Origin: Azolla caroliniana
Taxonomy: Eukaryota > Plantae > Polypodiophyta
Reading direction: 5' to 3'
Assembly: GCA_043228905.1 (NCBI GenBank)
Contig: JBHGNT010000005.1
Location: 13,454,001 to 13,518,000, forward strand
DNA length: 64,000 nucleotides
The notes below the pieces were generated by a model that saw only the letters and a list, made by a program, of their open reading frames with translations, searched no databases and was not told the origin of the DNA. Shown piece by piece: positions 50,797 to 63,328 of the stretch. The position numbers and the translations under genes were made by a program. How positions within the stretch are numbered: position 1 is the stretch's first letter; each line of letters begins with the position of its first letter.

Positions 50797-50940
50797 TATT
50801 TATAGAATCATAAGATCAATCAATGTGTCTAACAAAGTCAACTTCTTACAAAGTCAAGCTTTTAAAATACAGAGAATGTTCTTTGTGGATATTCTTGCAC
50901 TCCTTGGCGATTCCCGCCAACAAGAATCGCCAACAAGAAT
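50797..50940 (-). promoter_or_regulatory. PHT1 proximal promoter: TATA, two W-boxes, P1BS, tandem TTCTTGTT motifs
   Basis: TATAAATA 50804-50797; TTGACT at 50841 and 50857; GGATATTC (GNATATNC) 50887-50894; AACAAGAA at 50919 and 50932. Confidence 0.65.
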
Positions 50941-52261
50941 CGTAGAAAATCGCTAAATTAGTTTATTACAACAAAACTGACTCAAATTAAAACTAACCTC
51001 TGTGGATATGTTAATCTATTTGACACGTTTGATGCATCTACTTGGATTCGTAGTTGGAATTGCTTGAAATTATTTGTAAATTAGTTATTGGCTCGACACC
51101 ATAATCTAATATCACAACCCACTGAATCTGGCTGCTATTTTCCACTTGTACAAGTTCTTGAGTATTTAGATGTTACCACAACATAACGCAATGCAAAAGC
51201 ATACATTAGGGAGCCATTGGGGAAGCTAAATTTGGGTTTACTTTAATTAGGACTTTAATACAGTAGACTGAAATGCTGGAAAGGATAATAATATAATAAT
51301 GCAGTGTTAAAACGCTGACTTTCATTTCATATCTATTAGAAATTGTTATTGCAAGTAATAGTGTATATTTCATAGATAAGTCTGGACTCTGAAGTAGTAA
51401 ATTTTTCCTTACAAAGCCATATTCCGTATACCACTAAATCATTCACATAATCCTTAAAGACATTCATATGGTAGAGTATATCGTTGCACTAACAATTTCC
51501 AACAAAAGATCGTGACTACACCAAGCTGTTAATTAGCACCTTTTTGCTTTAGAAAATGGCTGTGTTAATTCATTTTCCAGAAGTGTTGAAATATTGCTTG
51601 AGAATGCATTGTCAATGTCGTTAAAAAGATACTTTATGTTGTTGACTTTGACACCATGTCTATATTTAGAATCTATTTAGTCTCGAACAATATGCATATG
51701 GTAACCTACAGTTGTTTGCCCCTTTAGTCAAGCTGATGAGGCAATAGGAAAATCCCATGGTGTGTGGATCTGAACAAACGACATATTAGGAGGAAGCTTC
51801 GTCTTCACACGGGCGGGCTAGACCAAATCTAAAAGAATGGTGGAATGAATGAATGTGAACATATGCTACATATTGATATGGGGTCATGCATACGTGATGA
51901 TACCATTTGTGACGCTTCAATGGCGACGCTTGCAGTGAAGTGCAGTGTGCAGCCACAACCTCCTTCCTACATGACACCACAAGGCAATGAGTTCTATATG
52001 GTGCAGGCTTGGCTCGCACCATTAGAACTCCACGACTTCTGCATGCAGGGAAGAAGAAGAAAGAGACAAAGGAAGGAGGAGCTGCTGCAGGCCGCGCGGC
52101 GTCGCTTGCAGTAGACAACGCCTTCGACAAAACAACACCACGTGTACCCACCCACCCATTCCCCCTTACCTCTCTCCATTCCGTCCCCGCCTATAAGATT
52201 TTATATACATATACATACACACATACATACCACTCTACTATGCACATACATACTTCTACAT

Positions 52262-55200
52262 ATAAAATTTGGAGACGAATTGACGTCCTTGGTCACTGAT
52301 GATACTGTCTGGGAGGCCATGATGCCAAAAAACCTCACGCATGACAAGGGCGGCGGTTTCCTCACTAGTGATGGCCTTAGTACAAGACACAAAATGTGCC
52401 ATCTTAGTTTATCAGTCAACAACGGTTAAGATAGCATCGAAGCCCTTCGAGACAGGAAGATCTGTGATAAAATCAAGACAAATGGATTGCCATGGTTTAC
52501 TTGGAATTGGTAAGGATTCCAACAAGCCATATGGATGATGATGTGGCATGTTTGCTTGGCAACAAGCATCACAGGTCCGAACGTAGTTGTCGACAAAACG
52601 TCACATATGAGGCCACCAAAAAGATCGTTGGACTAGATCCAATGTTTTAGTACTATCGAAATGTCTAGTTGTATGGGTGTCGTGACAATTTTGGACGATT
52701 TGAAGGCGATAGGAGCAATCCGGAACATACACGAACTTTTAAAAGAATAATAAATCATCATGATATTCGAATTGTCGGTAGTCCATACTTGGTTGTTGAG
52801 ATTGGGAATAGGATGCCCGAGAGGCATCAATTTGCGCTAGAATGGCTTGAGCAAAACTGTCCGTCTTCAAATTGGCACGTATGGCATCGATAATCTGGGA
52901 ATCCAGTGGAGTGTGAAAAGTCCGCGTTGTGTGAAAACGTGTTGGTCCCAAGATTACCTGCTTTTGATTATCAAATGTTGGATCACCAGGACGAGGTTCA
53001 AGATATGAGTGTCGTGATAGTGCATCTGCTTTTCCTTGTTGCTTCTCCGGCCGATATGGGATTTTGAAGTCAAAACACGTGAGGAATTGGGCCCACCGAG
53101 CTTGCCGTCGATTTAGTATGCGAGCATTCTGGAAATAAGCAAGATTTTTGCGATCACTGAAGACGATGACCTGTTTTCGTGGCATCAAACTTGTGTGAGT
53201 GGAAAGCCACATGATGTAACTCTTCTTTATCTCCTTGTTGTGAAAGGATGCTATTGAGCGCAAAATCTGACGCGTCGGCTTCCATGATGAATGGTTTGTT
53301 TGTATCCACATGAACTAGAATAGGAGCTGATGTAAAGGCTTTCTTAAGATGCATAAAAGCCATGTCCGCTTTATTGGACCAAAGAAATGTCTGTCCCTTC
53401 TTGGTAAGCTTTGTGAGAGGTAAAATAATCTTCGAGTAATCTTGTATAAACTTGCGGTAGAAGTTAGCGAAGCCTAGGAAACATTGCACATCTCGTAACG
53501 AACGTGGAGTTTGCCACTCTAGCACAGTTTTGACTTTAGGTGGATCCATGGAGATGCCTTTTGAGGAGATGACGTAGCCTAGAAATTCCACTTGCTTGCA
53601 GTCAAAGCTACATTTTTCTAGTTTGGCATAAAGACCATGCTCTCGGAGTCGTTTTAGTACTAATAGTACATGAGAATCATGCTCTTCCTAGATGTTCGAA
53701 TAAATCAATAGATCATCTAGATAGATGATCAAACATATATCCAAGAGGTCTCTGAATATATCATTTGTCATGTGCTCGAAGACTGGGGCGCATTGGTTTG
53801 ACCGAATGGCATAACGGTATACTCGAAGTGCCCATATCGGGTGCGAAAAGCGGTCTTCCATTTGTCTCCCGATCGGATTCGCACGAGGTTATATGCTCCT
53901 CCTCGTAATTCGATTTTTGTAAAAAACTTGGCACCATTTACACGTTCTAAAAGACTTCATATAAGGGGAAGTGCATACCTATTCTTGATGGTGACCTTAT
54001 TCAAGCCGCGGTAATCAACGACGAGACGAAGGGATCCATCTTTCTTCTTGCCATTTCGAATGACAAATAAACCCACTTGCCAAATTCTCCTCTATGTAGG
54101 CTCGAAGGACTTCCAACTCGGTTTATGACAAGTTGTAAATCGGTCCCCACGGTGGTTCTTTTCCTGGTTGTAAATCGATGGGACTATCATAGGGATGATA
54201 ATGAGGAAGAGTACCAGCCTTTACCTTGTCAAATACATCAACATAAGGATGATATTTCGTGGGAAGTTGAACTAAGGATTCCTCTTTAATAGTGATGGAA
54301 GGATGCACTGATAATGCAAATAGAAACATTGACTCTTTGCATGCTTCTTCGCGTAATTGATGGAGCGAAATGGTTGAAACTTGATGAGTAGATTCTCGGG
54401 GTTGTCAATACCGGACTTCTCTTGTTCTCCAATCTATGTCTGAATTATGTAATTCAAACCAAGGTAATCCCAAGACAATGGGATGCTATGGACTACTAAT
54501 TGTATTAAATGATACCACACACACAAATCTATCTAGGACAACCTGAATGGGTTCTATGATATTCCTAGAAGCAATGGGACGACCATCAATGACTACTATA
54601 GATCCGAGGCAAGGAAGTTTTCTTAAGGATATCTGAGAAGCTTGGGCAAAATCGCGATCCATGAAACAGGAATTGGCTCCGGAATCTAAAAGTGGTAAGA
54701 CGTGTACTGGAGGGGTACTTTTAGTACTAACCATGACTTGGGCTAAGAACACATTGCTAACTTGCTTAGAGGGAAGGGAACCACTAATGGGTTGCAGATC
54801 TAGGGCTGTCCAACCAAATGGCTCCTATTTTGGCTGGACTTAGTCGTTTAACTCTTCCTCTAATTGACTAAGGATTTCAAATTTGTTTGAGATACTTGGG
54901 CTATCAGTACTATTAATACTATCAGACACTCCTAAGGGAATTGACTCGAGTTTAGTATAGGCTATGATTTGATTTACCTGTCGTCTTGGCCTATGGGGAC
55001 AATTGATTGTGATATGCACTGGTCCACCACAATAAAGACATAATCGATTTGCACGTCGTCTTTGCTTTTCTTCTTCCGATAATGGGCTACATCGACGCAT
55101 GGTGTCGATTTCCATCGGTGTCAGAGTATTTGCCCGAGATACATCTCGTGCAAATGGTTTAGCTACGACTGAGGCGTATGTGGGCTCTAGCCTAGTCCGT

Positions 55201-56448
55201 GGTATTTGTAATCGACGTTCTGAACATTGTTCAAAAAGGCGGTTGTCGCATCGAACTGCTTAACTGATTGCCTCTGTGAGATATTTTGGTTCTTCGGGGA
55301 AGGTTGAAACTAAATCTTTGACGTCATTTCGCAGGCCGTAGCGAAACTGCTCCATTAGTGCTTGATCATCCCACGGGATATCTGAGGCGAGTAGACGAAA
55401 ATCCGCCGCGTAGGCAGATGCTAGACGATCGCCTTGACGCAATCGTTGGATCTTGTTGATCGCCGTCCTGATGCTATCAGTATCTCCAAAGCAAGCTTTA
55501 AACTCGCTAATAAAGTCTTCAAAGTTATTAAGCATGGGAGATTGTTTTTCTAAAAGTGGAGCGAACCATGCCAAGGCTAAGCCGCTGAGTAACGTGCCTA
55601 TTAAGCCTACTCGGGATGCATCAGTGGGGTATCAGGAAGGATGCACCTGAATGACTAAACATACCTTATTAAGGAATCCTCTGAATTGTGATTGTGTTCC
55701 ATTGAATTTCACAAGAAGTCCAATCTTGGGCTCTTTATGAAGTCCTTGGGGACTTGATCCCTGTTGTTGCAACGCTACGATGGTTGCTTCAAGTTGTTGT
55801 ACACATAACACTAAATCCCCATGTTGTTGCTACGTTTGTTGTTTTTCTAAATGAATTTGTTGAGGATCCCCTAACAATCATTGATTTTCTTGTTCCAATG
55901 CAATGAATTTTTCTTTTAGACACTGAAACTCGGAAAAAACGGATTGATATTGTTGGGCGCTAACAGTAGCCATAGAATTGGAAGAAAGGGGTAAGAGGGT
56001 GAGGGAAACTGAAAAGAAGACTAGAGGGAGAAAATTAGTTCAAACTGTTAGGAATAGTACTAAACAGAGATAGAATCAGTACTAGAGAAGGGAAATACTA
56101 TTAGTACTAAGAGGACTGACTACATAAGACTCATGAGAGAGGAAGAGAGAGAGATAGTGAGGGCGTGAGAGAGAGAGTGATGATAACAGATGATATATTA
56201 TGTGAAGAGTAAATACAAGATAGCTATGAGGCTTAAGACTTGCGTTGAACCAATTTGGTTCAGAATAATGCCTTGAGCCTCCTTTTATAGTGTTCTCAAG
56301 AGTAGTCTTGAAGCTACTAGAATGTTCCAGAGAAATCTGGATTATACATTAATTTTCTAGCTTACATATTATAATAGATAGTGTAATGGTCAAGCACTCG
56401 ACCCATATAACATAAAGTCATGGGTTCAAGTCTTGTCATATCATGACA
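52262..56448 (-). mobile_element. decayed copy of the chromovirus family (5' LTR 56046-56448; 3' end lost)
   Basis: Gag, PR, RT, RH and partial IN homologous to 6934-10800, with many stops. Confidence 0.92.
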
Positions 56449-57385
56449 CCATCAAACTTCGACGCGAGACTTATCTTGGGTTCTTTTGTCGAATTCGGTG
56501 CTTGTAATGCTTGTTGTCGCAATGTTATTAATGCCACTTCAAGTTGGTGAACCCCTTGAGTTAATTCCTCCTGTTGTTGAGCTTTCTCGGCATTCACTTG
56601 TTGTAAATCCCTGAGCAGCTTTTGATTCTACACGTCGTTGAGAACCTTTAACAAAAGCTAAAAAGTAGAGACGTCAGGCAAACCGCCAATGTTTATATTG
56701 TGGTGGTCCAGGACATATAGTGATAAGTTGTCCCCATTGACCTAGCTGTCAAGTTTACCAAGTAAGTGCTAGTACTAAATTGGATCTCGATTCTCCAAAT
56801 ACATCTAGCAATCTTAGTAGCCCTACACCTTCAAATAACCCAGAATTTGTAGAGTTAGTCCATAATAATGGTTCCATTTCATCGAACCAAGTTAATAGGG
56901 TTTTTGCTACACATGTCGAGCTTAGTACCTCTAGATGTCATCAGCTCTTCGCATATGCTCTCTTAGATTCCGGAGCCAACTCTTGTTTCATGGACCAAAA
57001 TTTTGCCTTGACACATAATATCTTATTAAAATCATTGCATTGTCCAGTATCAGTCACAATAATAGATGGTCGACCCATTGCCTCTAGAAATATAACTGAA
57101 GAGTCTGAATCAGTTCATGTAGTTCTTGGTGATTTAGCTTGTGTCATCTCATTCAATATCATACATAGTCCGGAGCATTTGATTGTCCTTGGTCTACCTT
57201 GGTTTGAGCTTCACAACCCCCAGATTGACTGGAGAAAACGAGTTATCCTAGAATCCAAGAAAAACCATATATCAGAATTCCCTATTACTTATAACCCAAA
57301 TTTAGAATTCCATTAGATCTCAACAATATCTTTGGAAAACTTACACAAAGAGGGAGAGAAAGAAGAAATTCTTATATTTGCGATA
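56449..57385. pseudogene. sister chromovirus gag/protease fragments in opposite orientations
   Basis: 56449-56628 (-) gag N-part KEPKISLASKFDG; 56630-57385 (+) CLYCGGPGH...ALLDSGANSCFMD. Confidence 0.75.
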
Positions 57386-57940
57386 ATAACAATGCCATAG
57401 ACGAGGTACCCGTCACAATCATCGACGGAGGATCCAACGTAAACGTAATAAGTAGAAGAATGTGCAATACATTGGGAATCTGTATTACCCCTAGTTGAAC
57501 GGACTGGCAGAATCGACAAATAAGATGCAACAAAACATATTGCAGAAAATTGTACTTGAGAACCAGATGGATTGAGACACGAAACGACAAAACGCTCTGT
57601 GGGCCTATCGTACAACCTATAAAACGAGCATTCGGTCGACACCGTTCCGGCTGGCATTCGGCCTCGAAGCAGTTATGCCACTGGAGTTCCAAATTCCCAG
57701 CTTGCGGATACAACTATGCGAATGGTTAAGCGAGCGAGAGTCAGAACAGGTCTAGTTGGAAACATTGTGTGAGCTTAAGGAACACTGGGTCCTAAGGTTA
57801 ATGCAATTGGAGATAGAGCAACGTCGGCGGAAGGCGTTCGTCGACCGACACCGGCGAGGCAATGAAAAGGAATTTGGAATCGGCAAAACGTTGTTAGTAT
57901 TTCAGACACATATGGCAAGCATGACGGGAAAGCTTTAGTG
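57386..57940 (+). pseudogene. Tat/Athila-like protease and integrase fragments
   Basis: IIDGGSNVNVIS; ALWAYRTTYKTSIRSTPFRLAFGLEAVMP. Confidence 0.7.
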
Positions 57941-58389
57941 GGGCCGGAGAACCGGCAAGCCCGGACGGGGTCGGAGGAATCACCGATACCCGGTGAGAAA
58001 CGATAGCCTACATCAAGAGAAAAGAGAGAGAAAAAAATCATGACAAAATCGATAATATTGTCATGACACAGTTGGCTAAAATGGAGGCTTAGTCCATTGG
58101 TTTCGTGTTGCTTTTTGTCACATCGAAGTAGATTGATGTACTCTTGAATGCGTTGCTTTTCCTTGTAGTCCCTCAGTTTATGTATTAGTGGGTCAACTAG
58201 TAGTTTCTTCATCCTATGAGGTGGGCGTAGGGATTGAGGTAGCTTGGTGTGATGTTTTGCGGGATTGTTCTTTCCACGACTTTCACTTTCTTTGTATCGT
58301 TGTTTATGTCCCTTGCTTATGTTTCTTTAGGTTGTGAGCTATATGTTGGGTTCGAGTAACCACATTTTCTCCTTCTATTGAGGAGAGTT

Positions 58390-59185
58390 TGGTTGAGCGA
58401 CAACCTCAACATGATCTAAATCGGCTAAAGAAGTCGACAATTGAGTCAGCTGAGGATAATCGGCCGAATCGACTGGGAATCGACAGGCCGTTATTAAGAA
58501 TAGGAATATTAGGTAGAATTCGTGTCATATGCTCTTATGTGAGTGTTAAAGTACCTGTCAGTACTTTTGTTAGCCCGCTATTAGGGCTTGTATATAAAGT
58601 GCTTTGTAAGCAGATTTGTTGTACTAAGTACATTTTTGTAAAAGAATACGTGTGCGGAAACTTAAGCGGAAGACACAGTTGGTTATTCGGAAACTCGACA
58701 GTTAGGTAAACACAGAGAATGCACACACTCTAAGGGAGAGAGATAGAGAGAGCAGACAACAACCACCCTCTATTATAAAATGTTCTCTATACACTGAGGG
58801 CTAAAAGATTGATAAGTACTTCCATGCTCCTAAATGAGCCTGACACTTACTCTGTTCATAATATTCCCGTTTACTAAAAAAGGAATATAGGCCTCTAATG
58901 GCTAGTCGATTCGGATTACCAACTGATTCAGCTTTCAACTTATTTAGTCGATTCTAGTCTAGCCGATCGGTCTCCAACTGATCTAGCACTCAACTTCTTT
59001 AGTTGATGGCACCGTCAACTGATACAAGGCCCGACTGGTGGCAAAGGGATATGCATGAAAACACATCGATTATGATGAGACGTTCACGCCAGTCGTGAAT
59101 ATGACGACGATCCGCGCGTTGGTAGCCATAGCCGCGACAAAGCGGCGGCATCTACATGAAATGGATGTAAAGAATGTGTTCCCGC
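58390..59185. mobile_element. two copia-family LTR pieces in opposite orientation, plus an RT fragment
   Basis: 58390-58636 resembles the LTR start at 13027; 58637 onward is the reverse complement of an LTR end (TGTAAAAGAATACGTGTG); YKARLVAKG at ~59023. Confidence 0.6.
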
Positions 59186-59528
59186 TGTCATGAAGAGTCA
59201 CGACAGTTTGAACCGAATGAGTTGTGATGAGTGTATGGACTCTTATTTATAGGCCCTTATGGAGTATTCTAGAATGTTCTAGAATATTTTAGATATTTAT
59301 GAATAATAATAATAATAAATATAATCATGAAATATTCAAGAACATTCTTGAATAATCTAGAATGTTCTAAATATCTCGTAATAACTAAACATATAATTAT
59401 TATGATTACATCTCACATATGTTATTACAATGGTTAAAGTACAATATGTAAACCAAGAGGTTATGGGTTCGATTCCTGGTTCGCCAAGATGAATGTCATG
59501 ATAAGCCAAGATGTATGTCTTCATGACA
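59186..59528 (-). mobile_element. isolated 343-bp LTR of a divergent chromovirus
   Basis: 11-bp terminal IR TGTCATGAAGA/TCTTCATGACA; shares tRNA-like module, HSEs, TATA and primer 11-mer with the main family; no TSD. Confidence 0.8.
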
Positions 59529-62283
59529 AGAACGATCTTTGAGTAATCTTGTATGAACTTCCGGTAAAAATTGGCAAAGCCTAGGAAGCATTGCACATCC
59601 CACACCGAACGCGGAGTCTACCATTCTACCACCATTTTGACCTTAGCTGGATCCATGGAGATGCCTTCTGATGAAATGATGTAGCCGAGAAATTCCACTT
59701 GGTTGCACCCGAAACTACATTCCACTTGAGATAAGGGGAAGAGCATACCTATTCCTGATTGTAACCTTATTCAGGCCACAGTAATCTACAGCGAGACGAA
59801 GAGATCCATCCTTTTTCTTGACGAAGAAAATGGGCGCGCCCACTAGAGATTTCGAATGCCGGATGAAACCATTTTCCAAATTCTCCTCTATATAGGCCCG
59901 AAGGACTTCCAGCTCGATTGGTGACAAATTGTAGATCGGTCCCCATGGCGTCTCTTTTCCCGGTTGTAAATCGATGGGGCAATCGTACGGTCGATGATGA
60001 GGAAGTGTGTTGGCTTGTACTTTATCGAACACATCGGCGTAATGACGATAATTCTCGGGAAGTTGAATGGTGGATTCTTTTGTAGTGGTGCTGGAGGGGT
60101 TTACTGATATTGCAAAGAGGAACATTTCCTCCTTGTGCCCTTCTTTACGCAACTGACATAGTGAAATGGTTGCCATCTTCTGAGTTGACCCTTGGGTTTG
60201 TCGACACCGAATTTCTCTTGTTCTCCAATCTATGTCTGGGTTATGTAACTCAAACCATGGTAATCCTAAAACTATGGGATGTTCTGGGATACTAATAATA
60301 TTAAATGATACTACACATGCTAAGTTATCTAGGACAATATTAATGGGCTCTTACTCTGCTATGATATTTCCGGAGGCAATGGGACATCCATCAATGACTA
60401 CTACAGAGGCTGGACACTGGAGTTTTCTTAGGGATATCTTATGAGCTTGAGCAAATTTCTTATCCATAAAGCAAGAGTTAGGTCCGGAATCTAGGAGTGC
60501 TATGACATGTACTGCAGGGGTACTTTGAGTACTAACTATTACTTGGGCTACGAACACATCACTAACTTCCTTAGAGGGAATGGAACCACTAATGGGTTGC
60601 ACAGATCTAGGGTTGTCCAACCAAACGGCTCCTATTTTGGCTGGACTTAGTCGTTTAACTCTTCTTCTAACTGACTAAGGACATCAAATCTGTTCGCTAG
60701 ATCTGGGCTATTAGTACTATTAGGACTATCAGATATCCCTACTGAAATAGGCTCGGGTTTAGTACAATTAGAACTAACGACTATTTGGTTTACCTGTCTT
60801 CTTGGCCTATGGGGGCAATTTATTGCAATATGTCCTGGTCCACCGTAGTAAAGACATAGTCGATTTGTACGGCGTCGCTGCTTTTCTTCTTCGGATAATG
60901 GCCCTCGACGACGTGTAGTGTCAATCTCCATCGGAGTCGGAGTATTCGCTGGAGGCGCATTATATGACTCCCTCGGAAAAGGTCTTGCTACCACTGAGGC
61001 ATAGGTGGGCTCTGATCTTGCCCTCGGTATCTGTAGTTGTCGTTCCGAACGTCGCTCAAAGAGGCGGTTGTCACATCTCACCGCGCGACTGATTGCTTCT
61101 GTTAAGGACTTTGGCTCTTCAGGGAAGGTCAAGAGTAAATCCTTGACGTCATTGCGTAAACCATAACGGAATTGCTCCATCAACGCTTGATCATCCCAAG
61201 GAATATCGGCGGCGAGTAGGCAAAAATCTACAGCGTATGCGGAGGCTGGATGGTCACCTTGGCGTTATCGCCGAATTTGGTTGATTGTGGTCTTGATGCT
61301 GTCAGTATCTCCAAAACATGCTTTAAACTCACCTAGAAACTCTTCAAAATTGTTGAGTAACGGAGATTCCTTTTCTAATAGTGGAGCGAACCATGCCAAC
61401 ACTGAGCCACTTAACAAAGTGCCTACTAAACCCACCCGTGATGCATCTATGGGATACCGGGAAGGATGCATTTGAATAACTAATCGTACCTGGTTAAGGA
61501 ACCCTCTAAACTGCGATCGCGTTCCATCGAACTTCGTGGGAAGGCCAATCTTGGGTTCTTTATGAATCCCTTGTGTTCCAGGCCCTTGTTGTTGCATCGC
61601 TACGATGGTTGCTTCGAGTTGTTGCACGCGTAACGCAAGTTCCCCATGTTGTTGTTGCGTTTGCTGCTTTTCTAAGGAGATTTGCTGAAGATCCCCCAGC
61701 AACCGTTGGTTTTCTTGTTCCAAAGCATGGAACTTCTCTTTCAAGCATTGAAATTCCGAGAAAACAGATTGATATTCTTCAGCGCTAACAGTGGCCATGG
61801 GATGAAAGAAAAGAGGAATAAGAGATTAGTAGGAAATGAGAGAGACAGAAGGTAGAAAAATCGGTTCAAACTGTCAGGAACAGTACTAAGACATAGAAGG
61901 ACTTAGTACTAAAAGAAGTATTAGTACTAAGAGAGGTGAAGAACTCTCGAGAGAAGGAAACAGTGAGAGATCGAGAGAGAGAGAGAGTGATGATAAGAAA
62001 AGATATATATTATGTGAAGAAAATGTACAGTAGCTAGGAGGCTTAAGACTGGCGTTGAACCGATTTGGTTCGAAATAATGCCTTGTGCCTCCTTTTATAG
62101 TGTTCTAAGGAATACTCCTGAAGTTTCTAGAATGTTCCAGAGAAATCTGGAATATACATCAATTTTCTATAATAAAACATAAATGAAAATAATATTTTAC
62201 GTATTACAATGTATAATCTAATGGTCAAGAGCTCGACCCATGTAACATAAGGTCATGGGTTCGAGCCTTGCCATATCATGACA
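59529..62283 (-). mobile_element. third chromovirus copy (5' LTR 61872-62283), RT core deleted, 3'-truncated
   Basis: Gag 61798-60647 with lesions; junction [18 protein letters not shown] at ~59718 removes the YLDD region. Confidence 0.92.
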
Positions 62284-63325
62284 GTATTCGCTTGTAGCTT
62301 CCAACCCTACTCGTGAAGACGAAAATCCTTATAACATTTGACATACATAACCAAATTAAGCTTCCAAAGACTCGATGGAAAGCCCTCGGAACACTCTTTC
62401 CAAGGAGCTATAGAGAGTCCAAAAGGGACCCAATATTTGAGAGTTATGAGCAAAACACCCTGCATTGCTAGCCCTAAAACACTGAAGAAGACAGAATGCA
62501 ATTGGAGAATCTCTATTGCCGGAAAGAAACCACCCCCCCCTTTACCATATGCGTGTTCTTTGATTACCCCCTTATAACAATAATCCATTCCCTTCTTATA
62601 GTAACTGGATGCTTTTGCATGTGCACCATGTGGCGCACATGTACAAAAGCTTTTTCATGTGCGTTATATGGTACACATGTAGTACATTACATTGTTTCGA
62701 CTATAAATATTTGTTCAAATAAAATAATGCATATAAAATCCCTAATAAAAAAAATACTAGACCTTAACTATCTGGTCAGATTGATTAGTCAATTCATGTC
62801 TGAAGGAGGGAAAAATCTCAAAGAACTCACTTTCCCTACGAAAGTATCCAAGTATTTGCGTGTAGCTCTAAACCCTACCCGTGAAGACGAAAATCCTTAT
62901 AACGATTCACCGACGTAACCAAATTAAGCTTCCAACCCTCGATGGAAAGCCCCTAGAAGACACTTTCGAAGGAGCTATAGAACATCGAAAAGGGACATCA
63001 GAGTTGAGAGTTATGAGCAAAACACCCTGTGTATCTAACCTTACAACACTAAAGAAGAAAGAATGCAACTGGAGAATCTCTATTACTAGAAAATACCACC
63101 CCCCCCCTTTACCATATGTGTCTTCTTTGATTACCTCCTTATAACAATAATCCATTCCCTTCTTATAGGAAATGGATGCTTTTACATGTGGGCCATGTGG
63201 CGCACATGTAGAGAAGCATTTGCATGTTCATTATATGGTGTGCATGCAATACATTACATGCTTTCGACTATAAATATTTGTTCAAATAAATAATGCATAC
63301 AAAATCCATAATAAAAATAATACTA
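62284..63325. repeat. diverged direct repeat, period ~568 bp
   Basis: GTGAAGACGAAAATCCTTATAAC at 62313 and 62881; similarity extends ~470 bp. Confidence 0.85.
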
Positions 63326-63328
63326 AAG

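Noticed and set aside
51786-52261. Short ORFs upstream of PHT1
   Set aside because: No recognisable domains or splice structure; probably a TE/LTR remnant that I cannot classify
56032-56256. Apparent compensatory change between self-primer (AAATTGGTTCAA) and PBS (TTGAACTAATTT) in the decayed copy
   Set aside because: Both changes fall on a CpG and are explained by methyl-C deamination, so they are not counted as covariation evidence
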